A DNA stretch of 64,000 nucleotides, taken from assembly GCA_048623775.1 (NCBI GenBank), contig JBMCXW010000005.1:6533-70532 (forward strand), in the 5' to 3' direction. Below are positions 39,676 to 50,623 of this stretch, in pieces; within the stretch, counting starts at the first letter, position 1; each line of letters opens with the position of its first letter. Both the position numbers and the translations under genes were made by a program. This stretch comes from Myxococcota bacterium. GTDB lineage: Bacteria > Myxococcota_A > Polyangia > Polyangiales > Houyiibacteriaceae. The notes below the pieces were generated by a model. The model did no database searches, was not told where the DNA came from, and saw only the letters and a program-made list of their open reading frames with translations.

Positions 39676-42198
39676 TCAGAACCCGACCGGATCGGGGCCG
39701 AGCCGGGGCAGCACGGTGGAGAGCTGCTGCATCGGCAGCTTCTCCTGGGCCCGGTACGCGGCGTAGTGGGTCAGCACCCGCCGCACGTACCGGTGGGTCT
39801 GGCTGAAGGGGATCCGTTCGAGGAAGGCGTCGAGCGGCATGTCCGGCGAGTAGCTCCGCATCCAACGGCGCACGTTGTGCGGACCCCCGTTGTACGACGC
39901 GATGGCGAGGGGGAGTCGCCCGTCGAAACGCCGGATGAGCGAGCCCAGGTACCAGGCGGCGAGCTCCACGTTGGTGGCCGGATCGAGCAGGTCGGCGGTG
40001 TTGAAGTCGTGGCGCTCGAGCTGGGCGGCGATGCGCTTGCCCGTGCGAGGCATGATCTGCATGAGCCCCACGGCCCCCGCGTAGGAAATGATGCGCCGTT
40101 GATAGACGCTTTCCACGCGCATGACCGCGAAGAGCAGGTTCGGATCGATCCCGTGGCGGCGGGCCGCCTCCTCGACCACCCGGCGGTGCGCCCGGGGACG
40201 CGCATCCGCCCAGCTCCAGCCGCCGAAGCCCACCGCCACGCCCGTGTCACCGAGCGCTCCCGCCACCCGTGCGATCCGGTCCCGCGATTCCAGGTCCAGC
40301 GCCCGGCGGTCGCGCAGCGTCCGCCAGGTGGTCCGCTCGCGGGGGAGGTCGCTCCCGCGGAAGACGGCGGCGAGGCCGGCGCGCCGCACGGGCCTGCCGA
40401 TGGCGCGCCGCCACGCCATGTACGCGTCGTGGAGCTCGTCGGAGGCGGCCTGGCGGTCGCCCAGGCGCAGCAGCGCCTCCGCCCGCGGGAGCCATGGGTA
40501 GGCCTCGCCCCACTGCTCGGCAACGGGGGCCAGCCGATCGGCGAGCGCATCGGTGTCGGGCGAGGAATCGGCCGACGTGGCGCGCTCCCACTCCTCGGGG
40601 TCGCGCAGGCCCTCCATTCGGGCCGACGTTTGCTCCTCCCCCGCCTCGTCGTCGGGCAAGGGCGCCGTGCAGGAGGCGCCGAGCTCCTCCAGCCCCGGAT
40701 CGAAGGATGCGGCGGAGAGGTCGAGATGCATCTCGTCGGGGCTGCAGTGCCCCACGAGCGCCTCGCGCACCTCCCGCAGGCGCAGCTCGGCCCACATGCG
40801 GTAGTAGCCGAGCCCGGAGCCGTCCGCTTCGCGCACCCGGATCAGCTCGCGCTCCGCCTCGGTCCACCGGCCCAGGCGCTCGAAAGTGCGCGCCAGGTGG
40901 TAGCGCGCCTGGAGGCCCACGCGGGGGTCGTCCACCAGGCCCGACAGCACCTTCGCCACCACGGCATCGCTTGCCGTCCCCATCGACACGATGGCGGCGT
41001 CGAAGCGATGGCGGGCCCGGCTCCGCCTGGGATCCAGCCCTTCGAGCACCGCGTCGGCGGTTTCGGTCAGACCGGCGGGCGCGGCGAGCTCGAGCACCTT
41101 GAGGGCGCGGGCGATCGGCAGCCGCTCGAGGGGCTTGCGGCCCACGAGCCGGCGAATTCGCTTTTCCGCCCGCTCGCGGTCGCGTCCGCGGCTTGCGTCG
41201 GCCATGTCCCGCGCCCGGGAGACCACCACGCGGGTGCTCACGTCCTCTGGCAGCGACCCGGTCCAGCGAGCGCGCTCCAGGTGCCGGTGCGCCTCGTCCC
41301 ACCGACCCTCCTCGTGCGCGATCCGCGCCGCGACCAACGCCACTCGGCTGCGCAGCTCCGGGGCCAGCCCCGCTTCATGCAGCTGGGAGAGGTCGCCCTT
41401 GGCCATGCCCGGCGGGGCCGCCCACGCCAGACGCTCGAGCCGCTCCACGCGCACCTCGGCGGGGAGCGGCGGGAGCTTCACCCCTTCGCGTTCGAGCGCC
41501 TCGAGCCGCGCCTTGGCGCGCATGGCCACCCCGCTTGCGGGGTCGCTCAGGTCGATGCTGCGGTACATGCGCGCGGCGGTGAGGGATTCCCCCGCCCGCT
41601 CCTTCGCCCGCGCGAGCTCGAACCGCATCTCGAGCGCGAGCGGCAGCTCCGGATAGCTTCGCAGCAGCGAGCGGAGCTCCGCCTCCGCGTCCGGGTTGCC
41701 GGAGGCGATGCGGCAGCGCACCCGTCCCACCCGGGCCCGGGCGCGGATGGTGCTGTCGGGGCTCGCCACGGCCCGAGCGAAGGCTTCGCTGGCGGCTTGC
41801 GGCTTCCCCGCCTCGAGCCAGAGCTCGGCCTGGCGCAGGGCGACACGGTCGGCGAGGTGGGGGTAGGTCAGCTCGATCACCTGGAGCTGGAGCAACGCCC
41901 GGGCCGCCTCGCCCCGCTCGGCGAGCCTCAGAGCTTTTCGGTACGCCTCTCGGGCGTCTTCGGGCTCGAGCCGCGGATTGCTCGCCCGTTCCGGGGAGGG
42001 GGGGCACACCGAATCCGGCTCGAGCAGGGCCTCGACGTCCAGATCCCGGCTGCTGGGAGCGGCGATGCTGGCGGGGGCTTCGAACGCGCACATGGGCGCG
42101 GCGGCGTAGTAGAGCGGGCCTCCGGACCATGCACCAGCCACACTCGCGAAGGCCACGGTGCAGAGGAGGAACGCCAACGCTCCAACCGCACGATCCAT
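39676..42198 (-). CDS. Soluble lytic murein transglycosylase (Slt70-like, TPR + SLT domain); start approximate
   Basis: Signal peptide and TPR-like helices. C-terminal AVMRVES, SYAGAVGLMQIMP, ASYNGGP, ERIPFSQT..YVRRV. Confidence 0.9.
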   Translation of the reverse strand: MDRAVGALAFLLCTVAFASVAGAWSGGPLYYAAAPMCAFEAPASIAAPSSRDLDVEALLEPDSVCPPSPERASNPRLEPEDAREAYRKALRLAERGEAARALLQLQVIELTYPHLADRVALRQAELWLEAGKPQAASEAFARAVASPDSTIRARARVGRVRCRIASGNPDAEAELRSLLRSYPELPLALEMRFELARAKERAGESLTAARMYRSIDLSDPASGVAMRAKARLEALEREGVKLPPLPAEVRVERLERLAWAAPPGMAKGDLSQLHEAGLAPELRSRVALVAARIAHEEGRWDEAHRHLERARWTGSLPEDVSTRVVVSRARDMADASRGRDRERAEKRIRRLVGRKPLERLPIARALKVLELAAPAGLTETADAVLEGLDPRRSRARHRFDAAIVSMGTASDAVVAKVLSGLVDDPRVGLQARYHLARTFERLGRWTEAERELIRVREADGSGLGYYRMWAELRLREVREALVGHCSPDEMHLDLSAASFDPGLEELGASCTAPLPDDEAGEEQTSARMEGLRDPEEWERATSADSSPDTDALADRLAPVAEQWGEAYPWLPRAEALLRLGDRQAASDELHDAYMAWRRAIGRPVRRAGLAAVFRGSDLPRERTTWRTLRDRRALDLESRDRIARVAGALGDTGVAVGFGGWSWADARPRAHRRVVEEAARRHGIDPNLLFAVMRVESVYQRRIISYAGAVGLMQIMPRTGKRIAAQLERHDFNTADLLDPATNVELAAWYLGSLIRRFDGRLPLAIASYNGGPHNVRRWMRSYSPDMPLDAFLERIPFSQTHRYVRRVLTHYAAYRAQEKLPMQQLSTVLPRLGPDPVGF

Positions 42199-42276
42199 AC
42201 CGTTCACAGGGTACATACTGCGCGGTTCGGTTTGGAACCGCAAAATGTAGACCGTGCGAACTTCCTGGAGCTTCAA

Positions 42277-42471
42277 TCAGTCCGAAGAAACGGACCGGGC
42301 GGCTTCCCTGCTTCGCTCCTGCGAATCCTCCGTAGGCTCGGGCGGCTCTTCTCGCAGCTCCGGCAAGAGAACGGTGACGACTCCGACCGCGGCCAGCAGC
42401 AGGAAGGCGATCAGCAAGACCACCTGTGCGACGAGGGGCGACGGGCGGCTTTCGGTGGAGCGCGGCTTCAT
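42277..42471 (-). CDS. Small single-pass membrane protein
   Basis: ATGA overlap with the proS stop. LVAQVVLLIAFLLLAAVGVVTVLLP. Confidence 0.6.
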   Translation of the reverse strand: MKPRSTESRPSPLVAQVVLLIAFLLLAAVGVVTVLLPELREEPPEPTEDSQERSREAARSVSSD

Positions 42472-44204
42472 CGGGCCGATTCGTCGGGTGCGGCGCGCAT
42501 CTCCGCCATCGTGTCGCGCACGGTGACGGCCGCTCGGTCGAGGTCCACGCGCGATGCTTCGGATTCGGTCCGCCGCTTGATCTCCACCTGTCCCTCCTTC
42601 AGCCCGCGCGCGCCCACCGTGACGCGGAGCGGGATTCCGATGAGGTCGGCGTCCTTGAACTTGACGCCGGGCCGCTCGTCTCGGTCGTCGAGCAGCGCGT
42701 CGACCCCCAGCTCGCGCAGCTCGCGGTACAATCGCTCGCCCGCCTCGGCCACCGCCCCGTCCTTGCCCAGCGTGGTCACGAGGACCTCGAAGGGCGCGAT
42801 GGACGCGGGCCACCGGATGCCGTCTTCGTCGTGGTGCTGCTCGATCGCCGCGGCAACCAGCCGAGAGACGCCGATGCCGTAGCAACCCATGACGAGCGGA
42901 CGCTCCTCGCCGTGCTCGTCGAGGTAGGTCGCGCCCATGGTCTGGCTGTAGTGCGTGCCGAGCACGAAGATGTGGCCGCCTTCGATGCCCCGATACAGGG
43001 TGAGCTCGTCCTGGCACTGGGGGCACGCGTCCCCTTCGGCGACCATGCGGATGTCGGCCAGCTCGGCCTCGAAGTCGCGGCCGAGGTTGACGTTGCGCAA
43101 GTGGTGATCGGCCTCGTTCGCGCCGGTCACGGCGTTCAGCACGTGCGACACCTCGCGGTCGGCGACGATGCGGCCTTGAAACCCCACCGGCCCGGCGAAC
43201 CCGGGCGGAGCCGAGGTGGCGCCCCGCACCTCGGCGTCGGAGGCCAAATGCACTTCCGCCACGCCCAGGTGGCGGGCGAGCTTCACCTCGTTCACTTCGT
43301 GGTCGCCGCGCACCACGGCCATCAACGGCGCATCGCCGGTGGTGTACAGCAAAGACTTGAGGGTCGTCTCCGGGCGCGTGTGATCCTTCAGGAAACCGAC
43401 GAGCTCCTGGATCGTGTGCACGCCGGGTGTGTGAACCCGTTCGACGGGCTCCATCGCGTGCCTTGCGGGCCGGTCCCGCCGGGTGAAGTGCGCTTCGGCG
43501 ATTTCCACGTTGGCGGCATAGTCGCAGCTCCGGCAAGCGACGATGGCGTCTTCGCCGTTCTGTGCCAGCACCTGAAACTCGGCGCTGCTCTTGCCGCCCA
43601 TCGCGCCCGTGTCCGCTTCCACCACCCGGTAGTCCAGGCCGAGGCGCTGGAAGATGCGATGGTAGGCATCGCGCATCACCCGGTAGCTCTCGAGGGCGTG
43701 CGGCTCGTCCACGTCGAAGGAGTATGCGTCCTTCATGGTGAACTCCCGGCACCGGAGCAGCCCGGCCCGCGGCCGCGGCTCGTCCCGAAACTTCATCTGG
43801 ATCTGGTAGAGGTTCAGCGGGAGCTGCCGGTACGATCGGATCTCGCGCCGGGCGAGGTCCGTCACGATCTCCTCGTGCGTGGGCCCGAGATGGTACTCCG
43901 CCTCCTTGCGGTCCTTCAGGCGCAGCAGGGTGGCACCAAAGGCCTCCCACCTCCCGGTCTCCTTGAAGTACTCCGCCGGCAGGAGCGCCGGCATGAGGAT
44001 CTCCTGTGCGCCGGCCCGATCCATCTCCTCGCGAATGATGCGCTCGATCTTCCGGAGGACGCGCAGCCCGAGGGGCAGCATCTCGTAGATGCCGGCGCCG
44101 ACCATGCGGGCGCACCCCGCCCGAAGGAGCAGCACGTGGGAGGGGGTCGTGGCGTCCTTGGGGACTTCCTTGACGGTCGGGACGAACGCCCTGGAATAGC
44201 GCAT
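42468..44204 (-). CDS. proS: Proline--tRNA ligase (bacterial type with INS editing domain)
   Basis: LGPTHEE, YQIQMKFRDEPRPRAGLLRCREFTMKDAYSF, GIEGGHIF.LG, MGCYGIGVSR. Confidence 0.98.
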   Translation of the reverse strand: MRYSRAFVPTVKEVPKDATTPSHVLLLRAGCARMVGAGIYEMLPLGLRVLRKIERIIREEMDRAGAQEILMPALLPAEYFKETGRWEAFGATLLRLKDRKEAEYHLGPTHEEIVTDLARREIRSYRQLPLNLYQIQMKFRDEPRPRAGLLRCREFTMKDAYSFDVDEPHALESYRVMRDAYHRIFQRLGLDYRVVEADTGAMGGKSSAEFQVLAQNGEDAIVACRSCDYAANVEIAEAHFTRRDRPARHAMEPVERVHTPGVHTIQELVGFLKDHTRPETTLKSLLYTTGDAPLMAVVRGDHEVNEVKLARHLGVAEVHLASDAEVRGATSAPPGFAGPVGFQGRIVADREVSHVLNAVTGANEADHHLRNVNLGRDFEAELADIRMVAEGDACPQCQDELTLYRGIEGGHIFVLGTHYSQTMGATYLDEHGEERPLVMGCYGIGVSRLVAAAIEQHHDEDGIRWPASIAPFEVLVTTLGKDGAVAEAGERLYRELRELGVDALLDDRDERPGVKFKDADLIGIPLRVTVGARGLKEGQVEIKRRTESEASRVDLDRAAVTVRDTMAEMRAAPDESAR

Positions 44205-44281
44205 GGGCCGCTTTTAGCAGGGGGCCGTTCGGGCGTCGATGGGTCTGGGCGGCGGCCACCCGTCCGCGGTACACCGTGGCC

Positions 44282-44584
44282 ATGATCGAACGCATCGTGC
44301 TTTTCAAGCTCAAGGACGAGCACGCGACGGAGGCCGGCCGTCGCGAGGTGGCGGAGCATTCGAGGCGGGTGCTCGCGCGGCTCGACCGCGTGGTGGGGCT
44401 CTCGGTGGGTGTCCCGGCGGACGACGCGTCGGAGAAATCCTGGGACGTCTCCATCGTCGTCCGCTTCCGGTCCATGGACGACGTCCGCGCCTACCTCGTC
44501 GATCCGGCGCACCGGCGCTACGTGGACGAGTACATGAAACCCCGCATGGAGGTCGTGAAGGCCTGGAACTTCGAGGTGGGATGA
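44282..44584 (+). CDS. Dabb (stress-responsive A/B barrel) family protein
   Basis: MIERIVLFKLK ... FRSMDDVRAYLVDPAH. Confidence 0.85.
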   Translation: MIERIVLFKLKDEHATEAGRREVAEHSRRVLARLDRVVGLSVGVPADDASEKSWDVSIVVRFRSMDDVRAYLVDPAHRRYVDEYMKPRMEVVKAWNFEVG

Positions 44585-44602
44585 GCGGGCCGCCGGTGGC
44601 GC

Positions 44603-46273
44603 TCAGCGGCGACTGCCGTGGATCGTCACCGAGAGCGGGACATCCGTCGATTCGCCTTCGATGCTTCCGAAGGTGCCGCGGAGGCCCCCCACCTCGAACG
44701 CGTCGACCCGCAGGTCCCCGTCGTCGTCGTCGACGGGGATCCTGGTGATCGTGCCCGTGTCCACGCGGACCCGCTGGAGGCGCCCGTCGAGGGCGCGGGT
44801 CTCGGCCAACACGTCCCGCGCGATCCCGTCGGCCACCCGACGGCAGGCGGCGAGGGCGCACTCCTCGGGGCACGCGTCGAACAGCAGCGGCTCCCCCGCC
44901 AGCAGCTCGGCGGCGATGGGGCACCCCAGCGGCTCCGCCAGCCGCGCCGCCAGCTCCGCCGTCCCGCCTGTCACGGTGCCGAGCTCGAGAAGGTCGGCCG
45001 CCACCGTTCCGGCGGGCACGTCCACCTCGAGCCGCGTGAGCTGGAGCTCGTCTCGGCTCGGAAGCGGAGTTCCCTCGAAGAAGGTTTCGGAGCCTGCGCC
45101 GAACGCGCTTGCGGGCGTTGACGACACGACGTCTCCCGTCCTCGGGTCGATCGCGTCCACCCGATCCACGGCGAGGTCGAAGGGGTCGTCGGCCCCGGGC
45201 CGCACCGTCAGCGGCCCGCGCACCTCCAGGAGCCCAAGGGTGCTGCGGATGCGTTCGGTCACCGATCCGACCACCGCGTCGATTCCGCGCTCCTCGCGGT
45301 CCAGCGAGGTTTGCAGCTCGCGGTCCAGATCGAAGGTTTCCCGCCGTTGCGCGAAGATGGCGCCGAGGTCCGGGTCGCGCGCCCGAACCTCTCGCTCGAT
45401 GGCGTCGAGGAGGTTGCCGCTTTCGGCCCCGGGGCCGCCCGCGAAGCCCGTTGCCGCCTCCCGGAGCTCGTTGGCGAGCGCGTCCGCCACCCCTTCGGCA
45501 TCGAGCCGCAGGGTCAGGTCGAAGGTCCCGGACAGCTCCAGCGGGAGGGCGAAGGCGCTGACCATCAGGTTGATGGGGCCCTCCGCCGGGATGGTTACCT
45601 GACCGCACCCCACGCCCACGGGCTCGGCGTTGGTGCCTTCGGCCAGCACGGCCACGGCCGCGGGCAACCCGACGGGCAGTGCGGGGAACGGGACGGGGCC
45701 GTTCGGCTCGATGGCGACCGAGCGGCCGGGCTCGGCCTCCCGCCACGGCTCCTCCTCGCAGCGGCGCCCGACGAAGAGCTGTGCCATCCAACCGTCGACC
45801 TCCCGCCCCACGACCCGGTCGTCGCCCACCACCTCCAGGTCGACGAATCCCCGGTCGCCGACCGATACGGGGACGCGCACGGTCGCCGCCGCGGGTGCGC
45901 TCACCTGGACCAGGAAGGCCTCCAGGCCTTCGCCGGCGACCAGCCCCACGCGGGCCACTCCGTCCGATCCCGTGACGGCCTCGTCCGCGGCCAGGGTCGC
46001 TCCCGACTCCCCTTGCACGCTCAGCTCCATCGCTTCGTCCGCAACCGGCGTTCCGTCCGGCCCCGTCAGCAGGAGCTCGATCTCGGTCGAGGCCTCCGGT
46101 GCCAGGGTGACGGGTTGGTCGGACCGCACCTGCAGGGTGTTTCCCTCCGGTGCCGCGCCATCGGGCAAGGTGGCGTCCACGCGCGGTGGTGGCGCCAGGT
46201 CGGCGTCGGCGCAGCCCCCGGCGAAGGCGAGCAGTAGTACCCCCGCCACGGCGGATGCGGCTGCAGGATGCAC
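44603..46273 (-). CDS. Hypothetical lipoprotein with Ig-like (invasin/Big-1-like) N-terminal domain
   Basis: LLLAFAGGC lipobox. DGTPVAD...VTGSDGVARV Ig-like signature. Acidic, with Cys pairs. Confidence 0.7.
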   Translation of the reverse strand: MHPAAASAVAGVLLLAFAGGCADADLAPPPRVDATLPDGAAPEGNTLQVRSDQPVTLAPEASTEIELLLTGPDGTPVADEAMELSVQGESGATLAADEAVTGSDGVARVGLVAGEGLEAFLVQVSAPAAATVRVPVSVGDRGFVDLEVVGDDRVVGREVDGWMAQLFVGRRCEEEPWREAEPGRSVAIEPNGPVPFPALPVGLPAAVAVLAEGTNAEPVGVGCGQVTIPAEGPINLMVSAFALPLELSGTFDLTLRLDAEGVADALANELREAATGFAGGPGAESGNLLDAIEREVRARDPDLGAIFAQRRETFDLDRELQTSLDREERGIDAVVGSVTERIRSTLGLLEVRGPLTVRPGADDPFDLAVDRVDAIDPRTGDVVSSTPASAFGAGSETFFEGTPLPSRDELQLTRLEVDVPAGTVAADLLELGTVTGGTAELAARLAEPLGCPIAAELLAGEPLLFDACPEECALAACRRVADGIARDVLAETRALDGRLQRVRVDTGTITRIPVDDDDGDLRVDAFEVGGLRGTFGSIEGESTDVPLSVTIHGSRR

Positions 46274-46303
46274 CTCCCCAAGCTAAGCAGCCCGCTGCGG
46301 GTG

Positions 46304-46738
46304 TCAGGTGTCGTCGGGGGACACCCGGCCCCGGCGGCGCTTCTTCGCCGCGTGCTTGCGCTTTTCCTCGAGCCGCCGCCGCTTGGCAGAACGGCTCGGC
46401 TTGGTGGGGCGGCGCTTGGGCGGCCGGGACCACGCCGCCAGGATCAGCTCCCGGAGCTTGTGGCGCGCATCCTCCCGGTTTCGGAGCTGGCTGCGGGTGC
46501 TCTGGCTCTCGATGCGGATCCGTCCTTCTGCGTCCAGCCGGTTGCCCGCCAGCCGCCGCAGCCGCGCCTTCACGTCCGTGGGCAGCGCGCGGGTTCCGGC
46601 CAGGTCGAACCGCAGCTCCACCTTGGTGGCCGTCCGGTTCACGTGCTGCCCGCCGGGCCCCGACGCACCGGTGGCGCTCCACTCCAGGTCGGTCGCCGGA
46701 ACGACGACCCCCGGCCGCACTTCGAGATCACCGTCCAC
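46304..46738 (-). CDS. arfB: Alternative ribosome-rescue peptidyl-tRNA hydrolase ArfB (YaeJ)
   Basis: ASGPGGQHVNRTATKVELRFD, RSQLRNREDA, basic tail RRPTKPSRSAKRRRLEEK. Confidence 0.95.
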   Translation of the reverse strand: MDGDLEVRPGVVVPATDLEWSATGASGPGGQHVNRTATKVELRFDLAGTRALPTDVKARLRRLAGNRLDAEGRIRIESQSTRSQLRNREDARHKLRELILAAWSRPPKRRPTKPSRSAKRRRLEEKRKHAAKKRRRGRVSPDDT

Positions 46739-46779
46739 GCTGCTGTTCTTGGCGACGACGGAGCCTCCCGCAACCGGGC

Positions 46780-47229
46780 TCACTCCGGAGGGCGCAGCGC
46801 CTGGTCGGTCTGGTCCCGGAGGTCGCTCTCCGCGCGCTCGGCGCGTTCCTGGAGGTCCGGGTAGCGCTCCTCCAACTCGCCCATGGCCTCGCCATCGAGC
46901 CGCACTCCCACGTCCACGGGCCCGCCGCCGGCGGCGCAGAACACCCGTACCGTCGTGGGCGTGTAGATGCCGGCGGTGATGAAGGACAGCAGGGCCTGCA
47001 CCGGGCCCATCCAGTTCTCGATGCGCGCGACGCCCCGGGGGCAAATGCGGTCCAGGGGCACCTCCGGCGCGACGTTCACCAGCCCCCAGAGCAGATGATG
47101 GTGCCACTGGTAGGACTGCGCCTGGGAGGACGAGCGCACCGAGGTGTTCACGTACTGGTGTCGATAGCAGCCGGTGGCCAGGAGCGCGGTTGCGAGCGCC
47201 AGCGCGAGGGTGAGCACCGTCGGGCGCAT
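46780..47229 (-). CDS. Bor/Iss-like lipoprotein
   Basis: LLATGC lipobox. HHLLWGLV...ICP.GVARIE...LLSFITAGIYTPTTVRVFC matches the Bor pattern. Confidence 0.75.
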   Translation of the reverse strand: MRPTVLTLALALATALLATGCYRHQYVNTSVRSSSQAQSYQWHHHLLWGLVNVAPEVPLDRICPRGVARIENWMGPVQALLSFITAGIYTPTTVRVFCAAGGGPVDVGVRLDGEAMGELEERYPDLQERAERAESDLRDQTDQALRPPE

Positions 47230-47284
47230 GGCCTCACCGCTATGCACGCCGCGCGTACCTCGCAACCCTCCGGGGCAGGGGTCG

Positions 47285-47527
47285 TCAGTCCACGATCTCG
47301 AACCGGAAGTCCTCGATCACGGGGTTGGCGAGGAGCTTCTCGCTCATGGCGCGCAGATCCCCTTCGGCCGACTCTCGAGACACGGATCCGAGCTCGATCT
47401 CGATGAGCTTGCCCACGCGCACCGACTTCAGCCCCTCGAAGCCCAGCGCTTCCAGGGCGCGCCGCACCGCGTCCCCCTGCGGGTCGAGCACCTCCCGCTT
47501 GAGGGTGACGTACACGTTGGCCTTCAT
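47285..47527 (-). CDS. purS: Phosphoribosylformylglycinamidine synthase subunit PurS
   Basis: VTLKREVLDPQGDAV, VRVGK, KLLANPVIEDF. Confidence 0.97.
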   Translation of the reverse strand: MKANVYVTLKREVLDPQGDAVRRALEALGFEGLKSVRVGKLIEIELGSVSRESAEGDLRAMSEKLLANPVIEDFRFEIVD

Positions 47528-48513
47528 CGCGTCGCCCCGGTCCCGGCGCCCAGGCCCAGGTTCCGGCGGATGCGCGGAAGGGGGTCCTCGAGGTTCGGAT
47601 CGAAGGGGGTTCCCCGAATCTGGTCGCACGCCTCGATGTAGCGGCGCGCCGCCTCGACGCGGACCTCGTCGGGAATGGTGGGCACGGGGCCGTCTCCCTT
47701 GTACCCCTGCTGCGACAGCCACCGCCGCACGTACTCCTTGTCGAAGGACTCCGGGTCCTGTCCCGACTCGAATCGATCCTCGTAGGTGCTCGCGTACCAG
47801 TATCGGGACGAGTCGGGCGTGTGGATCTCGTCGATGAGCACGATGCGCCCGTCCGGCGTCTTGCCGAACTCGTACTTGGTATCGACCAGGATCAGGCCGC
47901 GCTCCTCGCAGACGCGCTGCCCGCGGGCGAAGAGCGCCATGGCGTGCTCGGCCGCCTCGTCGAAATCACGCTCCGAGATCCGACCCATGGCCAGGATCTC
48001 CTCCCGCGAGGCGCTCACGTCGTGGTCCCCCTTCTCGGCTTTCGTGCTGGGGGTCAGGATGGGCTCGGGCAGCCGCTCGTGCTTGCGCAACCCGTCCGGA
48101 AGCCGGTGGCCGCAGAACACGCGCTCGCCCCGCTCGTAATGCGTCCAGATGCTGGTGCTGGTCACGCCCGTCACGTAGGCGCGTACCACGTACTCAACCG
48201 GGAGGGGCTCGCACTCGACCCCCACCGTGACGTTCGGATCGGGCACGTCGAGCACCCAGTTCGGGGCCACGTCGCGCGTCTTCTCGAACCACCACGCCGC
48301 GAGCTGGTTGAGCACCTGCCCCTTGAGCGGCAGCGTGCCCAGCACGCGGTCGAAGGCACTGATACGGTCGGTGACCACCACGACCCGCTTCCCATCGGGA
48401 GTCGAGTAGTTGTCGCGGACCTTGCCTTCGTACTTGGTGCCGAGCTCGTCCAGGTCGGTGCGGTCGAGGGCGCGCCCGAGCGCCTGCTTGAGAACATCCT
48501 CGGAAACGGTCAC
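47524..48513 (-). CDS. purC: SAICAR synthase
   Basis: [55 protein letters not shown]. Confidence 0.96.
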   Translation of the reverse strand: MTVSEDVLKQALGRALDRTDLDELGTKYEGKVRDNYSTPDGKRVVVVTDRISAFDRVLGTLPLKGQVLNQLAAWWFEKTRDVAPNWVLDVPDPNVTVGVECEPLPVEYVVRAYVTGVTSTSIWTHYERGERVFCGHRLPDGLRKHERLPEPILTPSTKAEKGDHDVSASREEILAMGRISERDFDEAAEHAMALFARGQRVCEERGLILVDTKYEFGKTPDGRIVLIDEIHTPDSSRYWYASTYEDRFESGQDPESFDKEYVRRWLSQQGYKGDGPVPTIPDEVRVEAARRYIEACDQIRGTPFDPNLEDPLPRIRRNLGLGAGTGATR

Positions 48514-49820
48514 GGCTTCTTTCCCTCCTCCAGCGCCCGGTCGACGAGAGCGTCCACGTGGGCGAGCGCGTGATCGAGATCGAACTGGCGGTCGATCGTC
48601 TCCTCGTCGAGCCGTTCGCGGATCTCGGCGTCGCCCTTGAGCAGCGCGCGGAAATCGCCCTCTCCGTGGAACGCCCTCATCGCGTTGCGCTGCACGAGCA
48701 CGTAGGCTTCCTGACGCGGCAGGCCCTGATGCACGAGCGCGAGGAGCACCCCTTCGCTCGCCCACAGGCCGCCGGTGTGCTCCAGGTTGGCGCGCAGAGC
48801 CTCGGGGTAGACCACCAGGTTCGCCACCACGGTGCGCGCGCGGTCCAGCATGAACGCGAGCGTGGCGGTGGCGTCCGGCACCACCATCCGCTCGACCGAG
48901 GAGTGGCTGATGTCCCGCTCGTGCCAGAGCGCCACGTTCTCGAGACCCGGCACCACGGCCGCGCGCACCACGCGCGCCAGCCCGGTGAGGTTCTCGGTCA
49001 GGACCGGGTTGCGCTTGTGCGGCATGGCGCTCGAGCCCTTTTGGCCCTTCTGGAACGCCTCTTCGGCCTCCCCCACCTCCGTCCGCTGCCAGTGCCGCAC
49101 GTTCACCGCGAACCGCTCCACGGCCGCCGCCACCACTCCCAGCGTGGCCAGGTACTGCGCGTGCCGGTCGCGCGCGACCACCTGGGTTGCGACCGTTTCG
49201 GGCGCGAGGCCCAGCGATCGCAGCGCCTCCCGTTCCACGCTCGGGTGGAGATGGGCGTAGGTGCCGACGGCCCCCGCGATCTTGCCCACGGCGATCTCGT
49301 CGCGCGCGTGCCGCAACCGCCGCAGGCCCCGGGCCAGCTCGGCGTAGTGGCCCGCGAGGACGAGACCGAAGCTCACGGGCTCGGCGTGGATGCCGTGCGA
49401 GCGGCCGATGGCGGGGGTGCGCCGGTGCTCCTCGATGCGCCCCCGAAATGCTTCGAGCAGGGCGTGCATCCGCTCGATGAGCCGGTCGGTGGCCTCCACG
49501 AGCAGGAGTGCCAGGGAGGTGTCGAGCACGTCCGACGACGTCATGCCGAGGTGCAACCACCGCGCCGGCGGCCCGGCGAGCTCCTCCACGTGCGTCAGGA
49601 AGGCGATCACGTCGTGCCGGGTGGTCCGCTCGATGGCGTCCACCCGGTCGGGGTCGAGCCGCTCGCGGACCGGGGCCAGCGCATCCGCCGTGCCCGTAGG
49701 GACCACGTCGGCCTTCTCCATGGCGCGGCAGGCCGCCAGCTCCACGTCGAACCAGGCCTGATACCTGCGCAGGGGCGCCCAGAGCGCGGCGAAGTCCTCG
49801 GGCGTATAACGAGGGATCAT
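48510..49820 (-). CDS. purB: Adenylosuccinate lyase
   Basis: [59 protein letters not shown]. Confidence 0.98.
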   Translation of the reverse strand: MIPRYTPEDFAALWAPLRRYQAWFDVELAACRAMEKADVVPTGTADALAPVRERLDPDRVDAIERTTRHDVIAFLTHVEELAGPPARWLHLGMTSSDVLDTSLALLLVEATDRLIERMHALLEAFRGRIEEHRRTPAIGRSHGIHAEPVSFGLVLAGHYAELARGLRRLRHARDEIAVGKIAGAVGTYAHLHPSVEREALRSLGLAPETVATQVVARDRHAQYLATLGVVAAAVERFAVNVRHWQRTEVGEAEEAFQKGQKGSSAMPHKRNPVLTENLTGLARVVRAAVVPGLENVALWHERDISHSSVERMVVPDATATLAFMLDRARTVVANLVVYPEALRANLEHTGGLWASEGVLLALVHQGLPRQEAYVLVQRNAMRAFHGEGDFRALLKGDAEIRERLDEETIDRQFDLDHALAHVDALVDRALEEGKKP

Positions 49821-49924
49821 GGGGGCGCCGAAGTTAGCAGAACCCCCCCCGCACGGCCACGGGCCCGCGCCCCTGCCATTGACGTCCCGTGCGGGGGACA
49901 CTAGCGGGAACGAGCGGGCTCGGC

Positions 49925-50521
49925 ATGGCTGCTCCCATCGACATCCAAAAGGTGCGCCGCCGGCTTGCGGGCCTGGAGCCGAACGTGCTGGAGGACGCGC
50001 CGCGGCGGGCGGCGGTGGCGGCCATCCTGCGGGCGCCCGGTGCCGGTGAAGACACGGAGCTCTTGCTCATCCGGCGTGCCGAGCATCCCCACGACCCGTG
50101 GTCCGGCCACATGGCCCTGCCGGGCGGGCGTCACGAGCCGCACGATCCCTCGCTGCTCGCCACGGCCCAACGGGAGACCCTGGAGGAGGTGGGCGTCGAT
50201 CTCGAACGGGCGGCCACTCTCCTGGGGCGCCTGGACGACGTGCCCGCGGTGGCGCGCGGACGGCCCGTGGGCATGGTCATCCGTCCCTATGTGTTCGAGC
50301 TGACGGGCGAGGTGCGGATCCACCCGAACTACGAGGTGGCCGAGACGCTGTGGGCCCCCCTCGGCCCGCTGATCCACGGCGAGGCGGACACCACGCGTCC
50401 CTACCCCTACGAGGGGCGGGAGCACCACCTTCCGGCCTTCGACGTGCAGGGCCGCGTCGTCTGGGGCCTCACCTACCAGATGTTGCAGTCGTTCTTCCGC
50501 GTGCTGCGCACCCCCGGCTGA
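49925..50521 (+). CDS. CoA pyrophosphatase (NUDIX, NudL/PCD1-like)
   Basis: [33 protein letters not shown]. Confidence 0.9.
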   Translation: MAAPIDIQKVRRRLAGLEPNVLEDAPRRAAVAAILRAPGAGEDTELLLIRRAEHPHDPWSGHMALPGGRHEPHDPSLLATAQRETLEEVGVDLERAATLLGRLDDVPAVARGRPVGMVIRPYVFELTGEVRIHPNYEVAETLWAPLGPLIHGEADTTRPYPYEGREHHLPAFDVQGRVVWGLTYQMLQSFFRVLRTPG

Positions 50522-50623
50522 TGCGTGCGTTCCGAGCCTCTGGGCGGGGGTAGCAGGGTCCGACCCTTTCCATGCGGGTGCCCAGGCGTCATGCTAAGCC
50601 CGCGGACCGCGGGAGGATCTGAA

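Noticed and set aside
47524-49560. Apparent 678-aa PurC with long N-terminal extension
   Set aside because: The extension is an alternative frame over purB. The real start is GTG 48513, overlapping the purB stop.
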